A stretch of DNA of 64,000 nt, taken from NCBI RefSeq assembly GCF_006345805.1, contig NC_042997.1:107012001-107076000 (forward strand), written 5' to 3'. Origin of the DNA: Octopus sinensis (taxonomy: Eukaryota). The notes below the pieces were generated by a model. The model was not told the origin of the DNA. It did not search any database and saw only the letters and a list, made by a program, of their open reading frames with translations. The position numbers and the translations under genes were made by a program. Of this stretch, positions 52,091 to 64,000 are shown in pieces (within the stretch, counting starts at the first letter, position 1; the number at the start of each line of letters is the position of its first letter).

Positions 52091-53504
52091 AATGTTATTA
52101 CTTACATTCTGGAATTTCAGAATTAGCCAAGCAAAGAAATAGATGAAATTCACAAAATCTGTTACAACTATTATTACTATACAAGAATTTCTGGTGGCTG
52201 ACAGAAGTGCAACACCTGTCACCATTGCAGTGTGATAAGATGAGAATGTACTCCACTGATGATGACAAAATTAATCAAAACATACCTGAAACCAATCATT
52301 GCAGTGTTTACAGATGTTGAATCTAGTATGGCCTCACATATACACTCCCGCACATTATAATAATATATTACACTGAATCAACAAGGGAAAAGCTAAGGAG
52401 AGAGCTTCTATGTGATTGCTCAACTTGCTAGAGATGACAGCCAAATTTCTCTCAAACCCCTCTTAGAAACGGAAACATTGGATGACAAGACTCTAGATTT
52501 CCTAAACAGTGAAAGAGATGGATTGGTCATAGTTGTAATGGTTACGACCTTAGGTTTGCTCACTCAGGGCTGGTCTGGAGTTATGGTCATCCACTTCATT
52601 ATGCATACGACACAACATGACTAGAATTGAAGAATTTTGACAAGCTGACCCGTGGGTAGGAAGAAGGGTACCTGACTGATGCCTGAGGATTTCACTTTTT
52701 AAGACAGTAGGATGTTGTTTGAAACTAGTTTTAGCTGCTATTTCTTACAGGCCTAAAACTACATAGGGGCTCTGCAAAAACAGCATCTTCATTGCATTAT
52801 TTTCCCTTTGAGTGCAAATTCACAATATCACATACGCTTCTTCACAAAATAAAGCCAAATGGTGTTTATTTAACAGGAATCCTTCGATTGTGATGTAATT
52901 TTCATTTTATCAGAAGGTGACAGACAGAAGAATCAATTCTTTCTCCTTTATTCGTTGGAGAGAAAATGAAACAAAAAAGAAAGAAAACAGCCAAAAATGA
53001 ACCAGAAATAGATGGAGACAATTGTAGTAGTGGTAGTTGTCGCAGTTGTTGAAGCAATAAGAGAACTGAAATGGAGAAGAAATAATTCTTTGTTTTCTAA
53101 AAGAACCCTTAAAATAGACATCAGCACAATGTTTCAAGTAATTTACCTGAAAAATTGTTTAATTTTGAAAGTTGGCTGCAACTTAAGAACAAATGAAGCA
53201 GTGAGACCAAAACAAACAAAAAAAATTGTCTCATTTTGATGAGGTTTTGCAAAAAAAAAATCAAAATCCTCCTCTTCTAATCATGTCCTCGTCACTATTC
53301 TTCTTCTTTCCCATCACAGACTAGTTAGCTTTGTGATATATCTTCCAGATGTTCCAAGTTCAAATATGGGGCAAAGATCAATTTGCATTTTATCACTTTG
53401 GGTCAATTAATAGAAAGTACCAAGGAAGTACTTTGGACAATCAATCCAAGTGGTTCCTTTCTCACTAAAATTGCTCGTCATGGGCCTAAATCAAGAACAC
53501 CCAT

Positions 53505-53995
53505 TAAAGGTAGCTTGCTGGCTGAACTATCAGAGCTTCAGCAAAAAATGACTTTCATCTTTTTCTTCAGGTTTACTATGTAGCGATATTGATATCCTCA
53601 CTCTTTGAGAGACACAATAAAAATGATCTCATTTGAGATTACAACCATCTTTGGCTGGTTTGACCCTGTTGTCTCCACTGATCTCATTGGCTTTACACTC
53701 TGGCGCGAAATAAGTAGAAAGACAGACCGCGCTAGATGCCAACCAATCAGATCAGTGGACACAACAGGGTCAAACCAGCCAAAGATGGTTGTAATCTCAA
53801 ACGAGATCATTCTTATTGTGTCTCTCAAAGAGTGAGAATATCAATATCGCTACAACTACATTCTGAGTTCGAGTCTCACCGAGCTTCAGTTTACCGTTCA
53901 TCTTTCAGGATCGATAAAATAAATATCACTTGAGCATGTAATTGTCATACCTGCTCCTTTAAAAGGTACTGTGCCAAAATCTGAAACTATTAATA
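53505..53995 (+). mobile_element. tRNA-derived SINE split by the fold-back insertion at 53579-53854
   Basis: Head remnant at 53505-53578. ACATTCTGAGTTCGAGTC (B-box) and central domain resume at 53858. Confidence 0.7.
53579..53854. mobile_element. Non-autonomous fold-back DNA transposon, TGT...ACA termini, ~112-bp TIRs, 4-bp TSD ACTA (Ginger-like)
   Basis: TGTAGCGATATTGATAT...CCACTGATCT is a near-perfect reverse complement of 53750-53854. ACTA at 53575-53578 and 53855-53858. Confidence 0.8.
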
Positions 53996-54670
53996 TAATA
54001 GCTGTCAGCTGGGGAAACCACGCTTGACCTCGGCTCCAAATTTTGTTTTCGAAAATCGTCAGTTTTCTCTGGAAAATAGCTGTACTTTCTTGTCATTGTC
54101 AACCAGGTTGGAGAATAAGGGATCCTTCTCCTGCTGGTGAGTTCCTTTTGTTGAAAGTCCCCCTATTTGGGAGGGGGGGAGACATCAAGGTTATCTCATT
54201 TTTTTTTCCACTTGGAAAAATTTAGAAGTTTTGCTCAATGACAGCAACATAGTTTCGAGGGAGTTTCAGTCTTCAATGAGAGAGGGGGAGAGAGAGAGAG
54301 AAGAGGGTCTTATTACAGAAATGGGAGAGGCTGACAGCTCTTCGCCTGTTGGCATGACTACTAGACAGGCAAGCAAGCCAAACAAGGTGACCATCTCCAT
54401 CATAAACAACTTTGACACCACCGCTACCATCACCTCTGCCACAACCATTAAAAACAGTAGCAACAGGGAGACAAAAATAAGCAGTAGAGCAACAATAGAA
54501 ATGATTTTCCCTTGTTAGCAAGTAGTTCGGCTACGAGAGCCAACGATATGACCACCACCACAAACAACAGCATCACTTTGGCTCTGGCTAACACCAGCGA
54601 GAGGAACAGGACCAGCAGCAAAAATGATAGAATAACAACAATGATAGAAACAACTTCTTTGCAGGAGTAA

Positions 54671-54972
54671 CACAGGATCTTTGCATTATTACTTTCGATG
54701 ATACCTTCGGGGTTTATGCTCGTACCATATTTTTGCTCTGTCAAGTCTATGCTTGTTGGACAATCCTTGCTATATTGTCACGTCTCATTCTTTCCGGGCT
54801 AATGGCGTACATTGACTGGTAATATGCCATAAGCTTTCACCATTTTGTTCACAAATTCTGCAATTATCACTTTCTAAAATGTTGTAATTGGTTCTTAATG
54901 CTTGCTCTTGTGCAGCACAGATTAGGATGTCAGTTTCCAGTTTTAAATCACTTTGTCATTCACAACCAAATT
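54671..54972 (-). mobile_element. R4/Dong fragment, near-identical to 58393-58691
   Basis: Direct comparison shows only a few substitutions and one 3-bp indel. Confidence 0.85.
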
Positions 54973-55029
54973 GAGGGGGTGGGGGTAGGAAAACCAAGCT
55001 TGCTAACCCTTCAGATTTGATGAAGAAGA

Positions 55030-57480
55030 CGGTCAGAAGGACCATCAAATAGAAATGTGTGTCGCTAAAGATGAGGAAAATTTTCAATGCACCACACATT
55101 TAAGAACATTTGAACCGATGTTGATTTCCTCACACGAAGACAATATGGTTCTGTGAAAGTGAGGTTCCTCACAGAGGCACTCGTACCAAAACGCTCAATG
55201 GTCCAGTGCAAATACAAGTATCGTCTTCTCTTCCCCACACTCCTTGAACAGTGGGTGGTGAAGCTTAAAATATCAGACATGCTACTAGAATTAGACATTT
55301 GGTGATGGGTTAGGTGCACTGAGGTCGAAGGACCAGATTCATTTCTAGAAATCAAAAAATATCGCAAGAAGAGTGGTGCAGGATCAGGTTGGAGATTTTA
55401 ATCCAATAAAACCAGAATCTCTGGACAAGGTCCTCAACCTTATTGAGCTGCTCAACAAGCAAAACTCCAGGTCATGGTGGAAGGCAGAAACACATGGGTC
55501 TAACACATTTGAAGGCCCTCTACCTACAACAAAATGAATCTAGAGGAACGGCGGCTCTGTTACCACTACACCCACCATAAGAAGGCCAAAAGCTGCAACA
55601 ACAGCCACTGAAGCACCATCTTCAACAGTAGAATCCCACCACCAACAACTGTAGCGATGGAAACAAACAACGTCCAACCATTTTTCCAGACGGTCAACTC
55701 ATGTGCCATGTACTCGCAACACTGGCAATTAAGAAGACTTATCATGCGGCTAGGAGGAATTGAATCCGTCAAGAAGCCTTGTGTTGGGGAAAAGCAGAAA
55801 AATAGGCCGTCCTAATCTGAAAGTGAAAAGATAGGACAAGGAAACTTCACCGAATCCATCAGCTACACTAACAACACCGACACACTTACCCAAATCCCAA
55901 CAACAAAAGCAATGCACACTCATTCAACTACAACAGGCACCAAAATCCGAAACAAATACACGAAGAGAAACAACAATCACAAGAACAACCCTTACAACTG
56001 ACCACAGTAGCCAAAAGCCTCATCAACTTCACAGTCGTTTGCAAGAGCAACAGCAAGCTGATACGGGCAGTAGTGAACAACACGAATATTCATACAAAAG
56101 GAGTAAGGTTCACCGAACTTCTGTTGAAAATTCCCCATGACAACTTATAAAAACTGACACAAGCACATAACTAGACCTTAAAAAAAATAACCAAAAGACA
56201 TTGGGCTCTTTAGACTAAAGCCGGTCAAAAGGACTTTGGGAAGGCCCTTTATTAATGATAATACTCAAACAAGGCAACTGAATCAGCCGAGCTTCTCAAA
56301 AATCCAAGATCAGTGACCTTCTTCCATTTGTTTCTCTGATAAACGTGGTCATTTTCAGAGTGGCTTGTGTGAATGTATATGGCATGGAGTCAGCTTGGAA
56401 TCAAGGTCACTTGCCAGAGACCTCAGGTTTAGATGTGGTTGCAATTAGCAAGACAAGGATTTCTAATGTGCAAGGACTAGGAGATATTCTCCTCAAGTGG
56501 TCTGCCAGGAGCGGGTGGCATTGTAGCAGTGCTATTCTGAAAATACGTCTCAAAGTAAAGACCACATTCTTGGACCCGGGTGGCAGGGTGGTGCTTCTAG
56601 ATGTGAAGGATATCAAAGTTAGCATCCTTTATACCCTGACAGAGGCTGAAATGCCAGAATTCTTCATGCGTCCAGAAACATTTCTGGGAACGTCTCACAG
56701 TTTAGTACTAGTAGGGGACTAGAAAGGGATCTTCGATGCACGGAAGGAATATTTGGAGCTAGTACACACAAGAAGGGGGTGCAAAAGCTTCGAAAACCTA
56801 CTCAGAAACTTCCAATTATCTGATAGATATCAACTGGAATTCCCTGATGTGGCAGTGTGGATATGGAGCAACCACAATTGGTCATCCAGACTGTATCTAG
56901 AGTATTTGTTAGTTCAGTGGAGAGGTACAGTGTGGGTTTTCTACAATTTAAATTGGTCTGCTAAACAGGCCACAAATTTGTGATCTGTACAATCACGTTA
57001 GATAGGACGCGTAGACAGGGACACAGTTAATGGACGTTAAACGCATTCTTTCCAGCACGCAAAGACTACAGAGAACGGATTAGAGAACTAGTTAAGTGGC
57101 AATTAACAGGGGCAATCGTGAACAACCAGTGGTGGGCTGCCTTGAAGAATGTGATTAGAGCAGAATTGATAGCATTTAGCAATGGAGAGAAATAGATTAG
57201 GGGGTGAATTAGTTTGCAAATTAGAAGAAGCGATTAGAAATGGCATCGCGACCGATGTGTTAGCAGTGAGAATGACCCTTGACCATTTCTTCAAAGCGAA
57301 ACCTGAACGTTGCATTGTCGGAGCTAAGATCCATGAGCTCAAACATGAAGGAACTAAAGCTATCCGATGGGCCCCGAATGGTGGGAAGAAAACAGCAATC
57401 ACATATTTAATGGACCCAGAGGTGCACATGCTACTCAGCTCAGAGCAGATGTATGTAGCTTTTCAGCAGCATTTAACGTA
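55030..57480 (+). mobile_element. Old degraded Tx1-like element (ORF1 remnant + APE region), third family
   Basis: RLLFPT...VKLKISDM, LQVMVEGR; RVACVNVYGM, FLDPGGRVVLLDV, LVLVGD, GAIVNNQWWAALK - all homologous to elements A/B. Confidence 0.72.
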
Positions 57481-57529
57481 GCTGTTTGTGGAGGTTGATG
57501 GGTCGATGATGATAGTGGAATTTAGTCCG

Positions 57530-59660
57530 TACCCAGACAGCGTTGATACTTCCTTTTTAAATATTTTGGGAGACATTCACCGTCCAAGTACCAATCTCAA
57601 AATCCTAGCTGTTCCCTTTTGGGCTTGCTCTGCACTCATGTCAATTCTGATTTCTCTCACATATTTCTTGAATTGGTTGTTAGTGCTCCGAGTGTCCCCT
57701 ACAACTAATGGGATCACAGACACTCTCCCCATAGTCCATCTTCTTGCACTTTTGTCTCTTAGTGATCTTTACTTTTCAATCTTTGCTACTTCAGTGCGTC
57801 CCCAGGTATTGCAATATCTATAATCTCGATCTCCTTCTTTTCTTTATTACTATTACAATATCTTGTCTCTCAGCATCGATTAGGGAGCCACATTGTATTG
57901 TAAAATCACACAGTATCACGTATTACCTGTTCTCGAGGACTCACTATTATTATTTGTCTTTGCACAGCTTCCAACACTGGAGATGTACTACAGTGTCAGC
58001 TGTTCACTACCAGTAAACTAAGGTAACACCCCTTATTTTTCAAGCACCATCCAAAGTTATTTGAGCGGTTTCAAGCAGTTGTATTTTCTGTGAAAGAACC
58101 ACACTTATTGTAGCCCCTATTTGTTCCATGTACTCCAAGATTTTTACTGTTCCCAGGGCTCTGCCAATTATTGGTATTACCATAACCTTTTTTAGCAACC
58201 ACAACTGCTTAACCTCCCAAGCTAAACTGTTATATCTATCAACTTTCCTTTCTTCCTTATCGCATACCTTGTAAGCTGGCCATGCTGTATCTATCTATAT
58301 CTATGATCCTGCACAGTTTGCTTTCTTTCTCAATTAACACTATGTCTGGTTTCGTATTCTCTATCTCATGGTCACACAGAATCATAAATTCACACAGGAT
58401 CTTTGCATTATTACTTTCGATGATACCTTCGGGGTTTATGCTCGTACCATATTTTTGCTCTGTCAAGTCCATGCTTGGACAATCCTTGCTATATTGTCAC
58501 GTCTCATTCTTTCCGGGCTAGTGGCGTACATTGGCTGGTAATATGCCATAAGCTTTCACCATTTTGTTCACAAATTCTGCAATTATCACTTTCTAAAATG
58601 TTGTAATTGGTTCTTAATGCTTGCTCTTGTGCAGCACAGATTAGGATGTCAGTTTCCAGTTTTAAATCACTTTGTCATTCACAGCCAAATTTTTTCTCTG
58701 TTCGTCTTATCTTCAATATCCCTATGAAATTGTCTACGCATTGTTTTCTTTATCCACCTATTTTCAGTTTCAATCACACCCGAGCGCTTATTATCATTAT
58801 TTTATTGTCCTTGCAGAACTTCAAATGCTCGAGATGTATTATGGTGTCAGCTGTGTGTGCCTTATGTATGGGCTGTGGTTTGTTGTGGTGCTCTTATATT
58901 TACTGTATTGAAATTGTTTCATGTAGGATGTGTGTGTTGTCTAGTAGTACTATTTTCTCCATGTTATATAGACTTGTTAGACCAGGTGTTTTGGTTATGT
59001 ATTTATCTGAACGTTTTTTTATATCATACCTAATACGCCAACTATTAAAGGAATTATTTCTGTTTTTAGGATACACATTCAAGGCAACTCAATTTCCAGA
59101 TATTATTTTCGCCTCCATTTCTTGCAGATCTTCCCAACACATAGGACAGGGAAACACACTGTATACATTGGAAGGCCATTAAAATAAACACATCAGATTG
59201 TTCTTTTACAAAGTCGAGTGACAGAGAAAGAAGGGAAGAAAGACAGAAAAAAAATTTTTTTAATTAAAAAGTGAAACAAAGAAACTAAATAGAAAAAAGG
59301 AAAGAAAATTCACAGCGACAATGCACTTTTCAGTGTGACCAGTTAGCAATTAAGACAACCTTATGCACTTCCTGCATGGATGGTAATCCAGGGATCATTC
59401 TTTTATAAATTTCAGTTCCTTTTTTTGATCATTCCAAGTGCTCCTACAATCACTGGTATTGTAACCATCTTGTGATGCCACATCTTTTCGATTTCTATTA
59501 GCAAATCTTTATATTTTCTAATCTCATCAAAACCTTTTGCAGAGATATTATGGTCACTGCATATGCGCATGTCAATCAATAAACAGACTTTATTGTTTTG
59601 GTCTTTCACAACAAAATCTGGTTGATTTGCTTTGGTCTGGTCTGTACACACTGGAAAATC
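57530..59660 (-). mobile_element. Stack of several R4/Dong 3' fragments (approx. 57530-58030, 58030-58790, 58790-59185, 59400-59660)
   Basis: Repeated RLE/C-terminal motifs: KPDIVLIEK, PDFVVKDQ..LIDM, IPVIVGALGMIKK, IIPLIVGVLGMIKK. Degenerate (TAA)n at ~58790-58810. Confidence 0.75.
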
Positions 59661-59704
59661 TCAAAGAATCGTTACATTTTCTCCCTCAGTTACAGCCTCA
59701 GGGT

Positions 59705-60150
59705 GTATTATTATTATTATTATGACTATATATTTGACTTTTGCTTTGTATTTGTACAAGTTGGCTCCAAATCTCATCCAGAGACCTCAAGAGACAAGTT
59801 AGAAATTCAAGTTGGTGTTATGCCTAGGGTGTCATATATTTGGTTTTGCACATAGTATTGTTCTAGAGAATGTTTAAGAAGACATAAGAAAATTATGAAT
59901 GTGTTTTAAAATTTGAGATTACATAGACAGTATTTTACATAGGATATGGGCAGTTCCCATGAGCACTATCTTTTGAATTTTTGCTATTTTGGGGTTTCCT
60001 GGTATCTCAGCTAGGTAGAAATCAGCCCCTTTTGCTATCATTCCTAGGGCACCTATGACAACAGGTATTGTTTTAGTCTTGAGGTTCCACATTTTGCCAG
60101 ATTTCTATTTTAAGATCTTTATACTTGGCCAGCTTTTGGTAGATCTTGAC
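59705..60150 (-). mobile_element. 3' end of an R4/Dong element with (TAA)n tail, continuing 63540-64000
   Basis: KIYQKLAKYKDLKIE..., 3' UTR, TAA repeat at 59707-59722. Confidence 0.72.
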
Positions 60151-63100
60151 ATCATCATCATCATCATCATCGTTTAACGTCCGCTTTCCATGCTAGCATG
60201 GGTTGGACGGTTCAACTGGGGTCTGGGGAGCCCGAAGGCTGCACCAGGCCAGTCAGATCTGGCAGTGTTTCTACAGCTGGATGCCCTTCCTAATGCCAAC
60301 CACTCCGAGAGTGTAGTGGGTGATTTTATGTGCCACCGACACAGGTGCCAGACGAGGCTGGCAGATGGCCACGCTCGGATGGTGTTTTTTATGTGCCACC
60401 GACACAGGTGCCAGACGAGGCTGGCGGACGGCCACGATCGGATGGTGTTTGTTACGTGCCCACAGCACGGAGGCCAGTCGATGCGGTACTGGCTACGGCC
60501 ACGTTCGGATGGTTTTCTTATGTGCCACTGGCAAATTCCATTGATGTTCATCTATTTTGATTTGGTTTGATTTTCACTTGCCTCAACAGGTCTTCACAAG
60601 TGTCCCAAGAAGGAAAGTATGCACAGGTGGACTGGCTACGTCCCAGGTAGGGGCCACGGGTTATGGCCTCACTAGTCTTGCCGGATCTTCTCACGCACAG
60701 CATACTTCCATAGGTCTCGGTCTCTAGTCATTTCCTTGGTGAGACCTAAAGTTCGAAGGTTGTGCTTCACCACCTCGTCCCAGGTTTTCCTGGGTCTACC
60801 TCTTCCACAGGTTCCCTCAACTGCAAGGGTGTAGCACTTTTGCACACAACTATCTTCAGCCATTCTCGTCACATGACCATACCAGCGCAGACATCTCTCT
60901 TGCACACAACTGATGCTTCTTAGGTTCAAATTTTCTCTCAAGGTACTTACACTCTGTTGATTATGAACACTGACATTACACATCCATCGGAGCATACTGG
61001 CTTCATTTCTTGCGAGCTTACACATATCCTCAGCAGTCACAGCCCATGTTTCACTGCCATGTAGCATGGCTGTACGTACACATGCATCATAGTCTGCCTT
61101 TTACTCTGAGCGAGAGGCCTTTTGTCACCAGCAGGGGTAAGAGCTCTCTAAACTTTGCCCAGGCTATTCTTACTCTAGCAGTTACACTTTCAGCACACCC
61201 ACCCCTGCTACTGACTTGGTCACCTAGGTAGCGGAAGCTATCAACTACTTCTAGTTTGTCTCCCTGGAACGTGGTAGAAGTTGGTCTCTGCACATTTCCA
61301 GTGTTTATTGCTCCTGAACATCTGCCACAGACAAAAACTATTTTCCGAGTTAGCCTTCCTTTGACATTGCTGCACCTCTTATGTGTCCATAGCTTACACT
61401 TGGTGCACCTTATAGAGTTTCTACCTACACCTTTTTTACAGATCGAGCAGGGCCATCTACCTGAAGTCGTTTGTGATTGGTCCACCTTCCTACTTATTAG
61501 GACTTTGGTTTTGGCTAGGTTGAATCTAAGGCCCTTCGATTCTAATCCTTGTTTTCACACCTGAAACTTCTCCTCCAGTTCTGATAGTGACTCAGCAATT
61601 AGAGCAAGGTCATCAGCATAGAGGAGCTCCCAGGGGCATCCTGTCTTGAATTCCTCCGTTATTGCCTGGAGGACTATGATAAATAGGAGGGGACTGAGGA
61701 CTGAAACTTGGTGGACCCCAACCTCTACCCGGAATTCTTCACTGTACTCGTTGCCAACCCTCACCTTACTAGCAGCGTCTCTGTACATGGCTCGCACAGC
61801 TCTCACTAACCATTCATCTATCCCTAGTTTCCTCATTGACCACCAGATAAGGGATCGGGGGACCCTGTCAAAGGCTTTCTCCATGTCAACAAAAGCCAGG
61901 TACAGGGGCTTATCTTTGGCTAGGTATTTCTCCTGCAGCTATTTTACCAGGAATATAGCATCAGTAGTACTTTTCCCTGGCACGAACCCAAACTGCATCT
62001 CATCTAAGCTAACTCTCTCTCTAATTAATTGGGCTATAACCCTCTCCGTAACCTTCATTACCCGATCCAGCAGCTTGATACCCCTGTAGATATTTGTATC
62101 TAGGGCGTCACCTTTACCTTTGTAGCAGTTGACTATTATGCTGCTACACCAGTCATTGGGTATGACTCCTTCGTGTATCACCTGGTTAACTATACGGGTG
62201 ACTAGGCTATAGCCGACACTACCAGATATTTTGAGCATCTCTGCAGTAATTCCTGATGGGCCTGGAGCTTTCCCTGTTTTCATGCTTGTAATTGCCTTAA
62301 CTACTAAGGAACTGTTAACTCGGATTGCTGGTCCCTCTGTTGGGTCGACATTCGGCAGACTCTCTTTATCCCATTCATTTTCCTCATTCAGCAACCTTTC
62401 ATAGTGGCATCTCCAAGCCTCTCTCTTTGCATCCTCATTTAGCGCAAGTGAACCGTCATCCTTGCGAACACATTTCTCTCCTACCACGTCACGATTCTCT
62501 CTCACACACTGTCTTGCAACACAAAATACCTCAAGTCTTTCATCCTCATGGCGCAGGACATTGGCAAATTTTTTCTTATCTGCTTCCCCTCTGGCTAGAT
62601 AGACCTGTCTCCTAGCTTCCCTTCTGGCAGTCTGATACACTTCCCTGCTACCACCGTTCTTCCAGTCCTTCCAAGCCTGTTTCTTTTGTCTAATAGCCCT
62701 GTCAACAATATTGTTCCACCACCACGTTATTTTGGGTCTTAAGGGGACTTTGCACCAGCCACAGATCTGGTCAGTGGCCTTCAGCAGGTTGTCCCTCAGA
62801 AGCGTCCAGTTGTCTTCTACCCCATGTGTAGCTATACCCCCTTCCATTTCGTCAAAGGCTTCAAGTAACATGTCTCTAAATCTCTGTCCATTCGCAGGGT
62901 CTTTAAGCTTCCAGACCCTTCTTCTCCATGTTGGTTGTCTTCTAGTCGCCCTCTTAGTCCTGATCCTAAAGTCACTAACTACCAGTCTATGTTGTGGGGT
63001 GCATTCTTCGTCTGGGAAGGTTTTGGCATTTATAAGCAGCCATCTTTCCCTTTTTCTGGCAAGGATGTAGTCGATTTGGCTAGTATGCCGGCCCGATCGG

Positions 63101-63535
63101 TAGGTAACCAAGTGGCTTGTCGGTTTCCTGAAGTTAGTGTTGCAAACCATAAGACTATTCGCATCGCAGAACTCCAGCAGCCTGGTTCCCTCCTCGTTGC
63201 GGGAACCATAACTGTAGCCTCCATGTATGCCATGGAAGCCCCCAGCATGTCGTCCAACATGCCCATTGAAATCACCAGCCACAAAGAGAAGGTCCCTGTC
63301 GTTCGTCAATGAGGTGGTCTGCAGTAGGGTGTCATAGAAACTGTCTTTCTGTTCATCGGGTAGGCCTGGCTGAGGGGCATAGGCCGATATAATGGTTGCT
63401 AATCTATGATGAAGCACTATTCTAATCTTAAGTATTCTGTCACTTACTCTGATTACCTCAATTACTTTATCTACCCATTTCTCAGCGATAAGTATACCCA
63501 CGCCACCAACCCCGTCAATGTTCCCTGCCCAGAAA
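60151..63535 (-). mobile_element. Young 5'-truncated RTE LINE (APE-RT with PHD-like Cys/His insert), (GAT)n tail, nested in a Dong element
   Basis: 520-aa ORF (SAYAPQ, AGDFNGHVG, SQIDYIL, QFGFVPGKSTTDAIF). Same frame continues through two stops to VDMEKAFD, YADDL, WPCSIC...CGRC; one frameshift. Confidence 0.93.
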
Positions 63536-63539
63536 ATAC

Positions 63540-64000
63540 ATTTATATCGAACGGAACAGTCATATCAATGAAGAGGCATGATTTTTGTCTGAAGTCTTCC
63601 TTTCTGGCCTTTCACATCTGTCTTTCTGTCAGTTTGAATGAAGTCCCACAGGAGTGAAATGCAATCATATTCAAGCACTGGAGATAGTTTGTATTTCCTC
63701 CAGTTTTTATCATGGGGCAGGTCCAGGTTTTTGCAAATTACCCAGTGAATATATTGTGCTGCTCTTTCATGCCTGTTGAGATACACTGTAGGCACACGAA
63801 GACTGCACATGGAGACAACATCATGATCAATGGTTTCATTTTGTTGTTGACATGTGGGCAGCAGCTGTTCTTTAATATGTTGGCCTGGTGGTTTCTTGTA
63901 GGTAAGCATTGACCTTGGGCTGCTATGATAAACCCTTCTGTTTCCGATTAGAGTTCAACCATTGATGGTTAGTGTCTTATGACTAGCTTAGGTCTTATGA
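63540..64000 (-). mobile_element. R4/Dong element CCHC/RLE region, runs off window end
   Basis: ETEGFIIAAQ, CPTC..QNETIDH, RHERAAQYIHWVICK, LLWDF. Confidence 0.8.

Noticed and set aside
53313-53337. ATCACAGACTAGTT...TGTGAT resembling the 10.2-kb hammerhead ends
   Set aside because: The catalytic core and stem II are absent. At best a deleted relic, possibly chance.
53598-53835. Two near-identical 76-aa ORFs on opposite strands
   Set aside because: Artefact of the DNA palindrome.
55015-55060. TGAAGAAGACGGTC-AGAAG-GACCATC-AAAT looked like a hammerhead core with stem II
   Set aside because: It lacks C3 and GAAAC and has no stem I/III. It also translates (KKTVRRTIK*EM) like the Tx1 ORF1 region it abuts.

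Overview
AT-rich, microsatellite-dense eukaryotic DNA, almost certainly from an octopus/coleoid cephalopod. That is inferred from the C2H2 zinc-finger style and the SINE/LINE repertoire; I ran no database search. I can support only one host gene: a single-coding-exon C2H2 ZNF (35885-36997, +; 12 intact fingers) with a candidate NRF1/ETS promoter near 32.3 kb. Everything else is a nested transposon landscape: a full-length dead mariner, tRNA-derived SINEs, RTE, CR1, R4/Dong, Penelope-like and Tx1-like LINEs, a Gypsy fragment and three fold-back MITEs. The most striking signal is at 19.0-29.8 kb. Two diverged, near-full-length Tx1-like retrotransposons sit head-to-tail, and the identical 16-mer CACCGGTTTTCGATGA occurs at all three junctions, which suggests a sequence-specific retrotransposon family with an unrecognised target. 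Other highlights are a hand-foldable minimal type-I hammerhead ribozyme (10147-10221, -), a hammerhead-like motif beside a Penelope-like element, and a TGT...ACA fold-back element with a 4-bp TSD (Ginger-like). Boundaries of old, degraded repeats are approximate.
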